Shown here: positions 44,099 through 52,233 of the stretch, piece after piece | How positions within the stretch are numbered: the stretch's first letter is position 1 | Layout of the letters: every line of letters starts with the position of its first letter | Source: Deltaproteobacteria bacterium | GTDB taxonomy: Bacteria > Myxococcota_A > Polyangia > Polyangiales > Houyiibacteriaceae | NCBI GenBank assembly: GCA_034670305.1 | Contig: JAXMNT010000028.1 | Location: 36,106-100,105 of the forward strand | DNA length: 64,000 bases | Direction: 5' to 3' | Notes under the pieces: generated by a model | Told to the model about the DNA's origin: nothing | Seen by the model: the letters and a program-made list of their open reading frames with translations, nothing else | The model's database searches: none | Position numbers and translations under genes: made by a program

Positions 44099-45262
44099 AT
44101 GAGTGAAGTCGTCATCGTCGACGCCGTCCGTTCCGCGGTCGGCCGCGCCCACAAGGGCACCCTTCGTTACCGTCGTCCCGACGAGCTCGCCGGCGAGGTC
44201 ATCCGTGGCCTCATGGCGCGCAACCCCGGCGTCAAGGCCGAGACCATCGAGGACTTGATCCTCGGCTGCGCCATGCCCGAGGGCGAACAGGGTCTGAACG
44301 TCGCGCGCATCGCGGGTCTGCTCGGCGGTCTGTCGGAAGACTCTGCCGCCATGACCATCAACCGGTTCTGCTCGAGTGGCCTGCAGGCGATCGCGATCGC
44401 CGCGAGTCACATCTCGGCGGGCTGGATGGACATCGCCGTCGCGGGTGGAGTCGAGTCCATGTCGATGGTGCCCATGACCGGCAACAAGCCGAGCATGTCG
44501 CCGGAGATCTTGGCGACGCACCCGACCGCGCTCACGCCCATGGGCACCACCGCGGAGAACGTCGCGAACAAGTTCGGCATCTCTCGGGAAGCCCAGGACG
44601 AGTTCGCCTTCCAGTCGCAGCAGAAGGCGCAAGCCGCGCTCGAAAGCGGCGCGTTCAAGGACGAGATCGTGCCCGTGCACGGCATCTTCTACGAAGGCAG
44701 CGAACGCATCCTGAAGGAGTTCACCGTCGATGAGCTGCCGCGCGCCGGCACCACCGTCGAAGGCCTCGCCAAACTGCGCCCGGCGTTCAACGCCAAGGGT
44801 TCGGTCACGGCCGGCAACGCCTCCCCGCTCAGCGACGGCGCCGCCGCATCCATCGTGATGAGCAAAGCGAAGGCCGACGAACTCGGCCTCGAAGCACTCG
44901 CCACGTTCAAACACTTCACAACCGCAGGCGTCGACCCGTCCATCATGGGCATCGGTCCGATTCCGGCCGTGAAGAAGCTCCTCGCCCGCACCGGCCTCAG
45001 CATCAACGACATCGATCTGTTCGAGCTGAACGAAGCGTTCGCGAGTCAGTCGATTTACGTGCGCGACACCCTCGAGATCCCGTCGGAGAAGCTGAACGTG
45101 TACGGCGGCGCCATCGCCCTCGGCCACCCCCTCGGCTGCACCGGCGCCAAGCTGACCGCGACCGCGCTGCACGAGCTCAAACGCCGCGGCGGCAAACGCG
45201 CCATCGTGACGATGTGCATCGGTGGCGGCATGGGCGCCGCCGGCCTCTTCGAGCGCAACTGA
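44099..45262 (+). CDS. fadA: Acetyl-CoA C-acyltransferase (thiolase)
   Basis: [29 protein letters not shown]. Confidence 0.95.
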   Translation: MSEVVIVDAVRSAVGRAHKGTLRYRRPDELAGEVIRGLMARNPGVKAETIEDLILGCAMPEGEQGLNVARIAGLLGGLSEDSAAMTINRFCSSGLQAIAIAASHISAGWMDIAVAGGVESMSMVPMTGNKPSMSPEILATHPTALTPMGTTAENVANKFGISREAQDEFAFQSQQKAQAALESGAFKDEIVPVHGIFYEGSERILKEFTVDELPRAGTTVEGLAKLRPAFNAKGSVTAGNASPLSDGAAASIVMSKAKADELGLEALATFKHFTTAGVDPSIMGIGPIPAVKKLLARTGLSINDIDLFELNEAFASQSIYVRDTLEIPSEKLNVYGGAIALGHPLGCTGAKLTATALHELKRRGGKRAIVTMCIGGGMGAAGLFERN

Positions 45263-45284
45263 GCGCTAGTACACGAACCCTGAC

Positions 45285-45320
45285 AACGGCCCCGACGCAC
45301 CACGCGCCGGGGCCGTTTTC
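45285..45320 (+). terminator. Probable intrinsic terminator
   Basis: AACGGCCCCG...CGGGGCCGTT followed by TT, after the thiolase stop. Confidence 0.75.
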
Positions 45321-45374
45321 GTTATTGGGTGAGGCGCGGCGGGCTTCGGCGGTTCGGCCTTGAGGCTCACAGCG

Positions 45375-45628
45375 GGCTTCGGATCGGATTCGGATTCGGA
45401 TTCGGATTCGGATTCGGATTCCGGCTTCGGGGTCGGCTTCGGCGTCGGCTTCGGCGTCGGCTTCGGCTTCGGGCGTCGGCGTCGGCTTCGGGGGTCGGGT
45501 TCGAACCAGAGCCAGAGCCAGAATCAGAATCAGAACCGGAACCAGAATCAACGACAGCCTCAGCCTCAGCCTCAGCCTCAGCCTCAGCCTCAGCCTCAGC
45601 CTCAGCCTCAGCCACAGCCACAGCCACA
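45375..45628. repeat. Hexamer island: (TCGGAT/TCGGCT)n, then (CAGAGC/CAGAAT), then (CAGCCT)n tract T1
   Basis: Directly visible. Confidence 0.92.
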
Positions 45629-45811
45629 CGCGGATGTCGCCATTGAACTCCGCGACCTTGCCGAGAGGATCGAAGCCGACCGCGCGTACAGCGGAACGAA
45701 CGGCGCACAGCTGTCACTGATCGGCGGGCTCGCCGTAACGAGCCGGCGGATGCAAGAAGATCTAGCATAGACGTCCGTCAACATCCCTTGGCAAGTGGAG
45801 GAGGTTCGGCC

Positions 45812-47068
45812 TCAGAGCGGCACCCTGGGTTGGCCGGGCGTGACCGGGGGCGGTTCGATACACTCTCCACCAAGGCCACAGCACAGCGACAAACACTGCA
45901 GGTGGCTTAGCTCGGGCGAGACGGCTGTGCGGCTCGGAGGCGGATGCATGCCGCATCTGGATCCCAGGGCCAGAGCTGGTTGGCAAACGCGATCCAGGCA
46001 GTACAAACCCGGACGACAGCTGCTCAGAACGCAGGAAGAGCCGAGACTACCGTCACCCCACGCCACACACCTGTTCCCAACGCAGTCGTAGCGTAGGGAA
46101 ATATCGCACATTCTCAGATCCGGATATCTACAATCGTCGCCAGCCTCAAGCGGAGTCCGATCCACATCCGGAACGGCAACGCACCGACCCCTATCGCACA
46201 TCTTGCCGTCCGGACATCGATGCAGTTCCGCTCTTGTATCCCCGTCAACTTCCCAACCACAGCGGTCAGGAGTTGGCTCAGCAGCCAGTGATCCCACACG
46301 ACAGCGCCCAATCGAATCAATTCTTGGGAAGAATGACATGCCCGTACAAGCGGTGAAGGTGTCGGGGTCGTTGTCGCCCGCGCATTGTGTCGAGTGTGTG
46401 CACGCTAGACCCGGAGGAAGTCGGGGTCGACACTGCGGTGGTCCGCATTCGCGGGTCGACGGGCCGGCGCAATAGTTGCCGGTCGGACACTGGAGACGAG
46501 ATACACACTCGTCGTTGGATCCGACGCGAGGCACGCGGAACACCTGCCAGCATGAATCCGGCTCGCGGTTTAGCCAATGGGCCAGTTGCGGCCCAAGCCC
46601 CACCGCCGGGCACTCACCCCGAAGCTGTTCAAGGCAGGCCTCCAGTTCAGTTGGACTCCCGCGTACCGGCATCACCCCCACAAACAACTCAATTTCATAC
46701 GGGAGAACCCGCCGAAACCGCCGGATGTCTATCCCGGATCGGCACTCCTCCATGGTCTCCCACGTACGAGCACCGCACAGCATCAAGCCCTCACAGGCCG
46801 CACTGTCCATGGCATCGACGTATTCCGCGACTTCCGCAGCGGAGAGACCCACGTGATCGGATGACGGAGCCGCCGGAGGTCCGGGCGATACCGGCACAGG
46901 GTCTACCATGTGGGTCGCGTGACAGGCGTAGAGCGACAGCGTAAGTAGCGAGACACTACCGCGGCGGATACGGCGGCGGCGAAAAGTGGTTGAAGTCGAC
47001 CAGCCCGCGCATCCGCCGACCCGTTGTCGACTCGTCTGCTGGGTCGGCCTGCCACCTCCACCACTCAT
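45812..47068 (-). CDS. Cassette 1 gene C: Cys-rich lipoprotein (start uncertain: ATG 47068 or ATC 46969)
   Basis: Lipobox LYAC; clear homology to 48759-49916 (GLGPQLA, CVSRLQCPxGxYCAG, CTHSTQC, CDxSLR, WGDGSLGSSC). Confidence 0.75.
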   Translation of the reverse strand: MSGGGGRPTQQTSRQRVGGCAGWSTSTTFRRRRIRRGSVSLLTLSLYACHATHMVDPVPVSPGPPAAPSSDHVGLSAAEVAEYVDAMDSAACEGLMLCGARTWETMEECRSGIDIRRFRRVLPYEIELFVGVMPVRGSPTELEACLEQLRGECPAVGLGPQLAHWLNREPDSCWQVFRVPRVGSNDECVSRLQCPTGNYCAGPSTRECGPPQCRPRLPPGLACTHSTQCAGDNDPDTFTACTGMSFFPRIDSIGRCRVGSLAAEPTPDRCGWEVDGDTRAELHRCPDGKMCDRGRCVAVPDVDRTPLEAGDDCRYPDLRMCDISLRYDCVGNRCVAWGDGSLGSSCVLSSCRPGLYCLDRVCQPALALGSRCGMHPPPSRTAVSPELSHLQCLSLCCGLGGECIEPPPVTPGQPRVPL

Positions 47069-47800
47069 AGCTGATGCACCGTACGGGGAAAAAGGTGAAG
47101 ATGAATGGCGCCGCAGAATCCCGGGGGGCGATAAGCATCGTGCTGTACGCCATGTTGACGATGTCGCGATTGGATTGTCTCCACAACCACTGCCCCATCT
47201 CATACACCATAGGTTCGAACCACCCGCTCCTGCCCTTTCGCGGAGGCAGGCCGCACCTGTCCGCAGCGCAGCCAGGATATACGTCTGGGAAGTCCTCAAG
47301 CTCGTCACCAAGGTGATTAAGGAACGAATCCATGCTGCGGCTGGCCTCCGGATATAGAGCGAGTACCCTCTCGGCATAGTACACCATGCAATGAGCCTGG
47401 ATGTCGTTCACGCGATGGTTGCAGACAGTGGCGGTTGGCATATCCCCAGTGCACCATATGTGGCCGCAATGCTCATGTCGAAGGGCCGGAGTACGTAGTC
47501 AATGCATGGACCGGCAAGGGGCGAGAAGACGTCAAACCGAGTGTCGAACCCCACTGGAACAGCGCCATCAGGCAAGCCGCCTTGGCATCCACACGACCCC
47601 GGCGGTTTTGGGTGGGGTAAGAACGGTTGCCTACGTCTTGGCGGGGTCCGCACGGAAGGGTGCGTCATGTGGCTAACCGGCGCGGCTCTTACCGGGGCCG
47701 CCACGGGCTTCCCGCAACCACAACCCGAAGGGCCCGCAGACAGAGCACTCTCCACGAGGCGAGTTGAGGGGTAGTAGACGACCGGCGGGCTCTTCTGCAT
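46956..47800 (-). pseudogene. Cassette 1 gene B, split by a frameshift near 47440-47500 (ORFs 47408-47800 and 46956-47441)
   Basis: The N-terminal part (KSPPVVYYPSTRL, GCGC, GPC) and the C-terminal part (CxxxxxDIxxxCxxxxA) together align with 49953-50729. Confidence 0.6.
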
Positions 47801-47801
47801 C

Positions 47802-48215
47802 TTAGAACTGCCTCAGATGCACGTCCATGCTGAACGTCCCGTCCAAGGCCCCCACGGTAGTGGTGCGTGAAATCGTGATGCCAATGGCGATCATCGCACC
47901 CATCGTCGTTGGATCGAGCGAGGCGACCATCAGTGTGGGCGCCACGCTTTGATCGTCGAACTTCACCGTCTTCACCGGAGCGGAAATGAAGTCGAGCTGA
48001 GGATCCTCCGCGCTCGGCGCCTCGGAGTACACGGCAAACTCGAACTCCCCACCGGTACTGATATCGAGCTCGTGTGCTCGCACCAATAGACCCACGTGTG
48101 CGAAGTCGGAGATGTTCACCCGCCTCATGATCGAGTAGCCAACGCTCTCGTTGTCCTTCAGCGCAGTGCCGTAGTCGCTGTACACAGTCCGTTCAAGCAC
48201 CTTCAAAATTGGCAT
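47802..48215 (-). CDS. Cassette 1 gene A: 137-aa beta-rich hypothetical protein
   Basis: RBS AAAGGTGG; near-identical copy at 50731-51144. Confidence 0.8.
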   Translation of the reverse strand: MPILKVLERTVYSDYGTALKDNESVGYSIMRRVNISDFAHVGLLVRAHELDISTGGEFEFAVYSEAPSAEDPQLDFISAPVKTVKFDDQSVAPTLMVASLDPTTMGAMIAIGITISRTTTVGALDGTFSMDVHLRQF

Positions 48216-48425
48216 ACCCCCACCTTTCGTCCTCATGATTGATCATTGAGTTGACGATGTATACCGCATCATTGGAACCAAACTGACCCACGGCATACGC
48301 GTGGTGGACGTGCCTCGGCGAACTGGTTGACCGCTGCAATGCGACCCTCTGCCAGCAGTGTGCTGAGCGCCTTCTTCGTCATGTTCTTCTCTCCACGAGT
48401 CGACGAATCAACGCCCATCAGGTTG

Positions 48426-48581
48426 GCCACAGCCACACAGCCACAGCGCCGCCACAGCCACAGCGCCGCCACAGCCACAGCCGCATCCTCAGCCTCACGC
48501 CCAGCCTCAGCCTCAGCCTCAGCCTCAGCCTCAGCCTCAGCCTCAGCCTCAGCCGCAGCCTCAGCCTCAGCCGCAGCCACA
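48426..48581. repeat. (CAGCCA/CAGCCT)n tract T2 between the cassettes
   Basis: Directly visible. Confidence 0.92.
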
Positions 48582-48758
48582 CGCGGATGTCGCCATTGAA
48601 CTCCGCGACCTTGCCGAGAGGATCGAAGCCGACCGCGCGTACAGCGGAACGAACGGCGCACAGCTGTCACTGATCGGCGGGCTCGCCGTAACGAGCCGGC
48701 GGATGCAAGAAGATCTAGGATAGACGTCCGTCAACATCCCTTGGCAAGTGGAGGAGGT

Positions 48759-49916
48759 CTAGAGCGGGGGCGGCGCCCTGGGTTGGCCGGGGATGAGTGG
48801 CGGCGGTTCGATACACGTCTCATCCTGCCCGCAGCACTGGGACAAGCACTGCCTGTGACTTAGGCGAGGGGAAAGGTAGCGACCGCCCCCACCACACGCA
48901 GAACCTAGTGGGAGGGCTGGGCGACACTCCCGATCTGAACAATACAAGCCGGGGAGACACTCGTTTAGGCAAGAGGACCCAAGGCTTCCGTCGCCCCAGG
49001 GAACGCAGAGATTGTCAACGCAGTCGAAACGGAGCGAAAGGTCGCATATGGTCAGGTCTGGATAGCTGCATGGGTCGCCGAGTTCCCGGTCCCTGATGAG
49101 CTCACCGTCGGGAACCTCGACGCATCCTTCGCGACCACATGTCTCCCCGTTTGGGCAGCGACGGAACTCGGCGCGAAAATCCCCAAGTGCTTCCCATCCG
49201 CAAGTCCCAGACGGCGCATCTGTGGAGACGGAGCCAATGTGGCAGACACCGATCGAGCCAAGCCGGGGGTTGTACGGCACGCCAATACAAACGGCGAATG
49301 TGTTTGGATCGCCGCCCCCCTCGCACTGGGTTGAGTGAGTGCATGGCTGGCCCGGGGAAAGCCGAGGTCGGCACACCGGCGGTCCGCACTCACGAGTCGG
49401 TGCGCCAGCACAATAGTCTCCTCGGGGGCATTGGAGGCGAGACACGCATGGGTCGCCCGAAGCCACCGGAGGAACGTGGAACACCTCCCAGCATGAATCG
49501 TTTGGTGCCCGGTTTGGCCAGTCCGCGAGTTGAGGGCCCAGTCCCTCGGCCGGACACCTTTCTCGGAGCTGCTCCAGACAGCGCTCCAGCACCGAACGAC
49601 TGCCGAGCACCCCCCCTTCCAACAGACCAACATCGTATGGAAGCACTCCTCGGAAACGCCGCAGCGCCTCGCCGACACGACACTCTTCCACAGAGTCCCA
49701 AGGGCTCGCCCTGCACAGTAGTAGGCCCTCGCACACCGCTGCGTCCATCATGTCGAGGTATTCGGACACGTCGTCTGCCGACAAGAGTGAGTGAGAAGAC
49801 GGCGGCATCGGCGAGAGAGGGTCGGGGTCAACTCGATGAGCAGAGGTGCAACTCAGCGCAACAAAAACCCCGACAGCCAGGTGACGAGGCAGAACCCTGT
49901 GACACATGGATCGCAC
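48759..49916 (-). CDS. Cassette 2 gene C: Cys-rich lipoprotein
   Basis: Signal peptide with lipobox ALSC; paralog of the gene at 45812. Confidence 0.8.
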   Translation of the reverse strand: MRSMCHRVLPRHLAVGVFVALSCTSAHRVDPDPLSPMPPSSHSLLSADDVSEYLDMMDAAVCEGLLLCRASPWDSVEECRVGEALRRFRGVLPYDVGLLEGGVLGSRSVLERCLEQLRERCPAEGLGPQLADWPNRAPNDSCWEVFHVPPVASGDPCVSRLQCPRGDYCAGAPTRECGPPVCRPRLSPGQPCTHSTQCEGGGDPNTFAVCIGVPYNPRLGSIGVCHIGSVSTDAPSGTCGWEALGDFRAEFRRCPNGETCGREGCVEVPDGELIRDRELGDPCSYPDLTICDLSLRFDCVDNLCVPWGDGSLGSSCLNECLPGLYCSDRECRPALPLGSACGGGGRYLSPRLSHRQCLSQCCGQDETCIEPPPLIPGQPRAPPPL

Positions 49917-49952
49917 AATAGTTCAGTTCTAGTCCTGCCGCGAACCGAGCTT

Positions 49953-50729
49953 CTACGGCCATGGAAGGGAGGGCGTGATAGTCGACGCGGGGTGAGGAGC
50001 CCACCGATTGCATGCCCAACAGTCGAGTGGCTGCTCGTACCGTGGCATCATCCCGCTATCAAGCGGGAAACTCTCCAACGCGTCCATGTTGTCCTTGAGG
50101 TTGACGAAGTTGAGGCGCTGGCCAAGTATCCACCGCGAGGGCGCCAGGTGGTCCGCCACCTTGCGCGCCATGCAGCCGTTGAGCGAGAAGGGCCGGGGGA
50201 TATTGCATGCGAAATTCCCCCCGCCACATTCCGGGGTCGGGTCGCGTGGTCCAAAATCTCGACGACTCCAGAGAAAGGCCACTTGGGCGACGAATTCCCT
50301 GATGAACTGCTCTCTACTGAGGGTCACTGGTTGTGAGTAGATCATATCGGCGAGCCTCCACGCACAGGCACCGTCAATGTCTCCTGGACTCTCCCTACAT
50401 AAATAGTTTTTCATTGGGTTTCCCGAGGGCACGGGGACAATCGTCATTAGCTGAGTAAACTGCCGGTGGCCCAGACAAGGTCCCAGTACGTGGCTCGGTG
50501 TGACTATGGGAGGGAGGTTTGTGCGTGCCCTCGCGCCGCGTAGATCAACGACAGGGGTGCGCTGTTCGGGAAACCGGTGGCCACAGTCACACCGCCCGCT
50601 ACAGCCGCCGTGGCAGCCACAGTTGCAGCCATCCCTTGGCTCTCCCAGCCGGGTCAGGCCTTGCATGCTCTCGCTGGGTTCGAGCCGGGTGGAGGGGTAC
50701 ACCACCACGCTTGGGCTCTTTAGTGCCAT
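49953..50729 (-). CDS. Cassette 2 gene B: Cys-rich hypothetical protein (candidate effector)
   Basis: KSPSVVVYPSTRL, GCNCGCHGGCSGRCDC; starts 1 nt after the gene A stop. Confidence 0.72.
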   Translation of the reverse strand: MALKSPSVVVYPSTRLEPSESMQGLTRLGEPRDGCNCGCHGGCSGRCDCGHRFPEQRTPVVDLRGARARTNLPPIVTPSHVLGPCLGHRQFTQLMTIVPVPSGNPMKNYLCRESPGDIDGACAWRLADMIYSQPVTLSREQFIREFVAQVAFLWSRRDFGPRDPTPECGGGNFACNIPRPFSLNGCMARKVADHLAPSRWILGQRLNFVNLKDNMDALESFPLDSGMMPRYEQPLDCWACNRWAPHPASTITPSLPWP

Positions 50730-50730
50730 C

Positions 50731-51144
50731 TCAGAATGTCCTCAGATGCACGTCCATGCTGAACGTCCCGTCCAAGGCCCCCACGGTAGTGGTGCGTGAA
50801 ATCGTTATGCCAATGGCGATCATCGCACCCATCGTCGTTGGATCGAGCGAGGCGACCATCAGTGTGGGCGCCACGCTTTGATCGTCGAACTTCACCGTCT
50901 TCACCGGAGCGGAAATGAAGTCGAGCTGAGGATCCTCCGCGCTCGGCGCCTCGGAGTACACGGCAAACTCGAACTCCCCACCGGTACTGATATCGAGCTC
51001 GTGTGCTCGCACCAATAGACCCACGTGTGCGAAGTCGGAGATGTTCACCCGCCTTATGATCGAGTAGCCAACGCTCTCGTTGTCCTTCAGCGCAGTGCCG
51101 TAGTCGTTGTACACAGTCCGTTCAAGCACCTTCAAAATTGGCAT
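50731..51144 (-). CDS. Cassette 2 gene A: 137-aa beta-rich hypothetical protein
   Basis: Near-identical to 47802-48215. Confidence 0.8.
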   Translation of the reverse strand: MPILKVLERTVYNDYGTALKDNESVGYSIIRRVNISDFAHVGLLVRAHELDISTGGEFEFAVYSEAPSAEDPQLDFISAPVKTVKFDDQSVAPTLMVASLDPTTMGAMIAIGITISRTTTVGALDGTFSMDVHLRTF

Positions 51145-51354
51145 ATCCCACCTTTCGTCGTCATGATTGATCATTGAGTTGACGATGTATACCGCATCAT
51201 TGGAACCAAACTGACCCATGGTATACGCGTGGTGGACGTCCCTCGGCGAAGTGGTTGACCGCTGCAATGCGACCCTCTTCCAGCAGTGTGCTGAGCGCCT
51301 TCTTCGTCATGTTCTTCTCTCCACGAGTCGACGAATCAACGCCGATCAGGTTGG

Positions 51355-51577
51355 CCACAGCCACACAGCCACAGCGGCCGCCACAGCCACAGCGCCGCCA
51401 CAGCCACAGCGCCGCCAGCCACAGCGCCGCCACAGCCTCAGCCTCAGCCTCAGCCTCAGCCTCAGCCTCAGCCTCAGCCTCAGCCTCAGCCTCAGCCACA
51501 GCCTCAGCCTCAGCCTCAGCCTCAGCCTCAGCCTCAGCCTCAGCCTCAGCCTCAGCCTCAGCCTCAGCCTCAGCCTC
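51355..51577. repeat. (CAGCCA/CAGCCT)n tract T3
   Basis: Directly visible. Confidence 0.95.
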
Positions 51578-51619
51578 TGCGCCGCGTCACGCTCGCGCCG
51601 CTCGCGCGTCTACCCCTCC

Positions 51620-52153
51620 ATGTCCCGCATGCAACAGGAGCCGCTTCCGCGCGTCGCTCGCGACGCTTGGACGCACCACCCGAACTTCCCCCATCAGACG
51701 TTGTTGTTGGGCTCCCACGCGAACTTCCGGTCGATCAATGCGCAGCTCGTCGAAGTCGCCCGTGGGCAGTCGCAGTCGACCGACGCGATCGAGCGCTACT
51801 ACCGGCGCTGGATCTCCGCGATGCGAAGTCACGAAGCCTACGAAGAGCACAAGCTCTACCCCTACCTCGCGCGTCGCTACGGCACCTCGTTCGAAGACGC
51901 GGAGGCGGGCCACCACGCGCTGCATGAGAAACACGCGGCGGTTCTGAGCGCGGCGCAACATGCGCGTGCCTCCGACGACCGGTCCGAACTCGTGGAGGCG
52001 CTGCGGGCACACGAGCAAGTACTCAGCGCACATCTCGACCTCGAAGAAGAACGCGTGATCCCGCTCCTGCTCGAGCTGACGCGCGAAGAGTTCGACCGCT
52101 TCACGCACTCGTCGATCTCGACGCTGCTGCGCGAGATGGACAGCAGAGCCTAG
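51620..52153 (+). CDS. Hemerythrin-like (HHE) domain protein
   Basis: H...HEAYEEHKLYP...H...HLDLEEERVIP. Confidence 0.8.
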   Translation: MSRMQQEPLPRVARDAWTHHPNFPHQTLLLGSHANFRSINAQLVEVARGQSQSTDAIERYYRRWISAMRSHEAYEEHKLYPYLARRYGTSFEDAEAGHHALHEKHAAVLSAAQHARASDDRSELVEALRAHEQVLSAHLDLEEERVIPLLLELTREEFDRFTHSSISTLLREMDSRA

Positions 52154-52154
52154 C

Positions 52155-52228
52155 CGCCAAAGCCGAAGCCGAAGCCGAGGGCTGTCGCTGTCGCCGTCGC
52201 TGTCGCTGTCGCTGTCGCTTCCGCTGCC
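52155..52228. repeat. Short hexamer island (GCCGAA)n / (CTGTCG)n between convergent genes
   Basis: Directly visible. Confidence 0.8.
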
Positions 52229-52233
52229 ACAGG

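Noticed and set aside
45177-45770. ORFs made of LRLR/ASAS/QPQP/EAEA runs (also 48269-48670, 51197-51499 and the N-terminus of 51218-52153)
   Set aside because: Translations of stop-free hexamer tracts
48336-48354. Sigma54 promoter in cassette flank R (TGGCAG...TTGCA, minus strand)
   Set aside because: Wrong spacing, and TGGC is not conserved in the second copy
45506-51577. Diversity-generating retroelement or integron as the explanation for the cassettes
   Set aside because: No reverse transcriptase or integrase in the window; differences are not adenine-specific; no attC-like sites recognised
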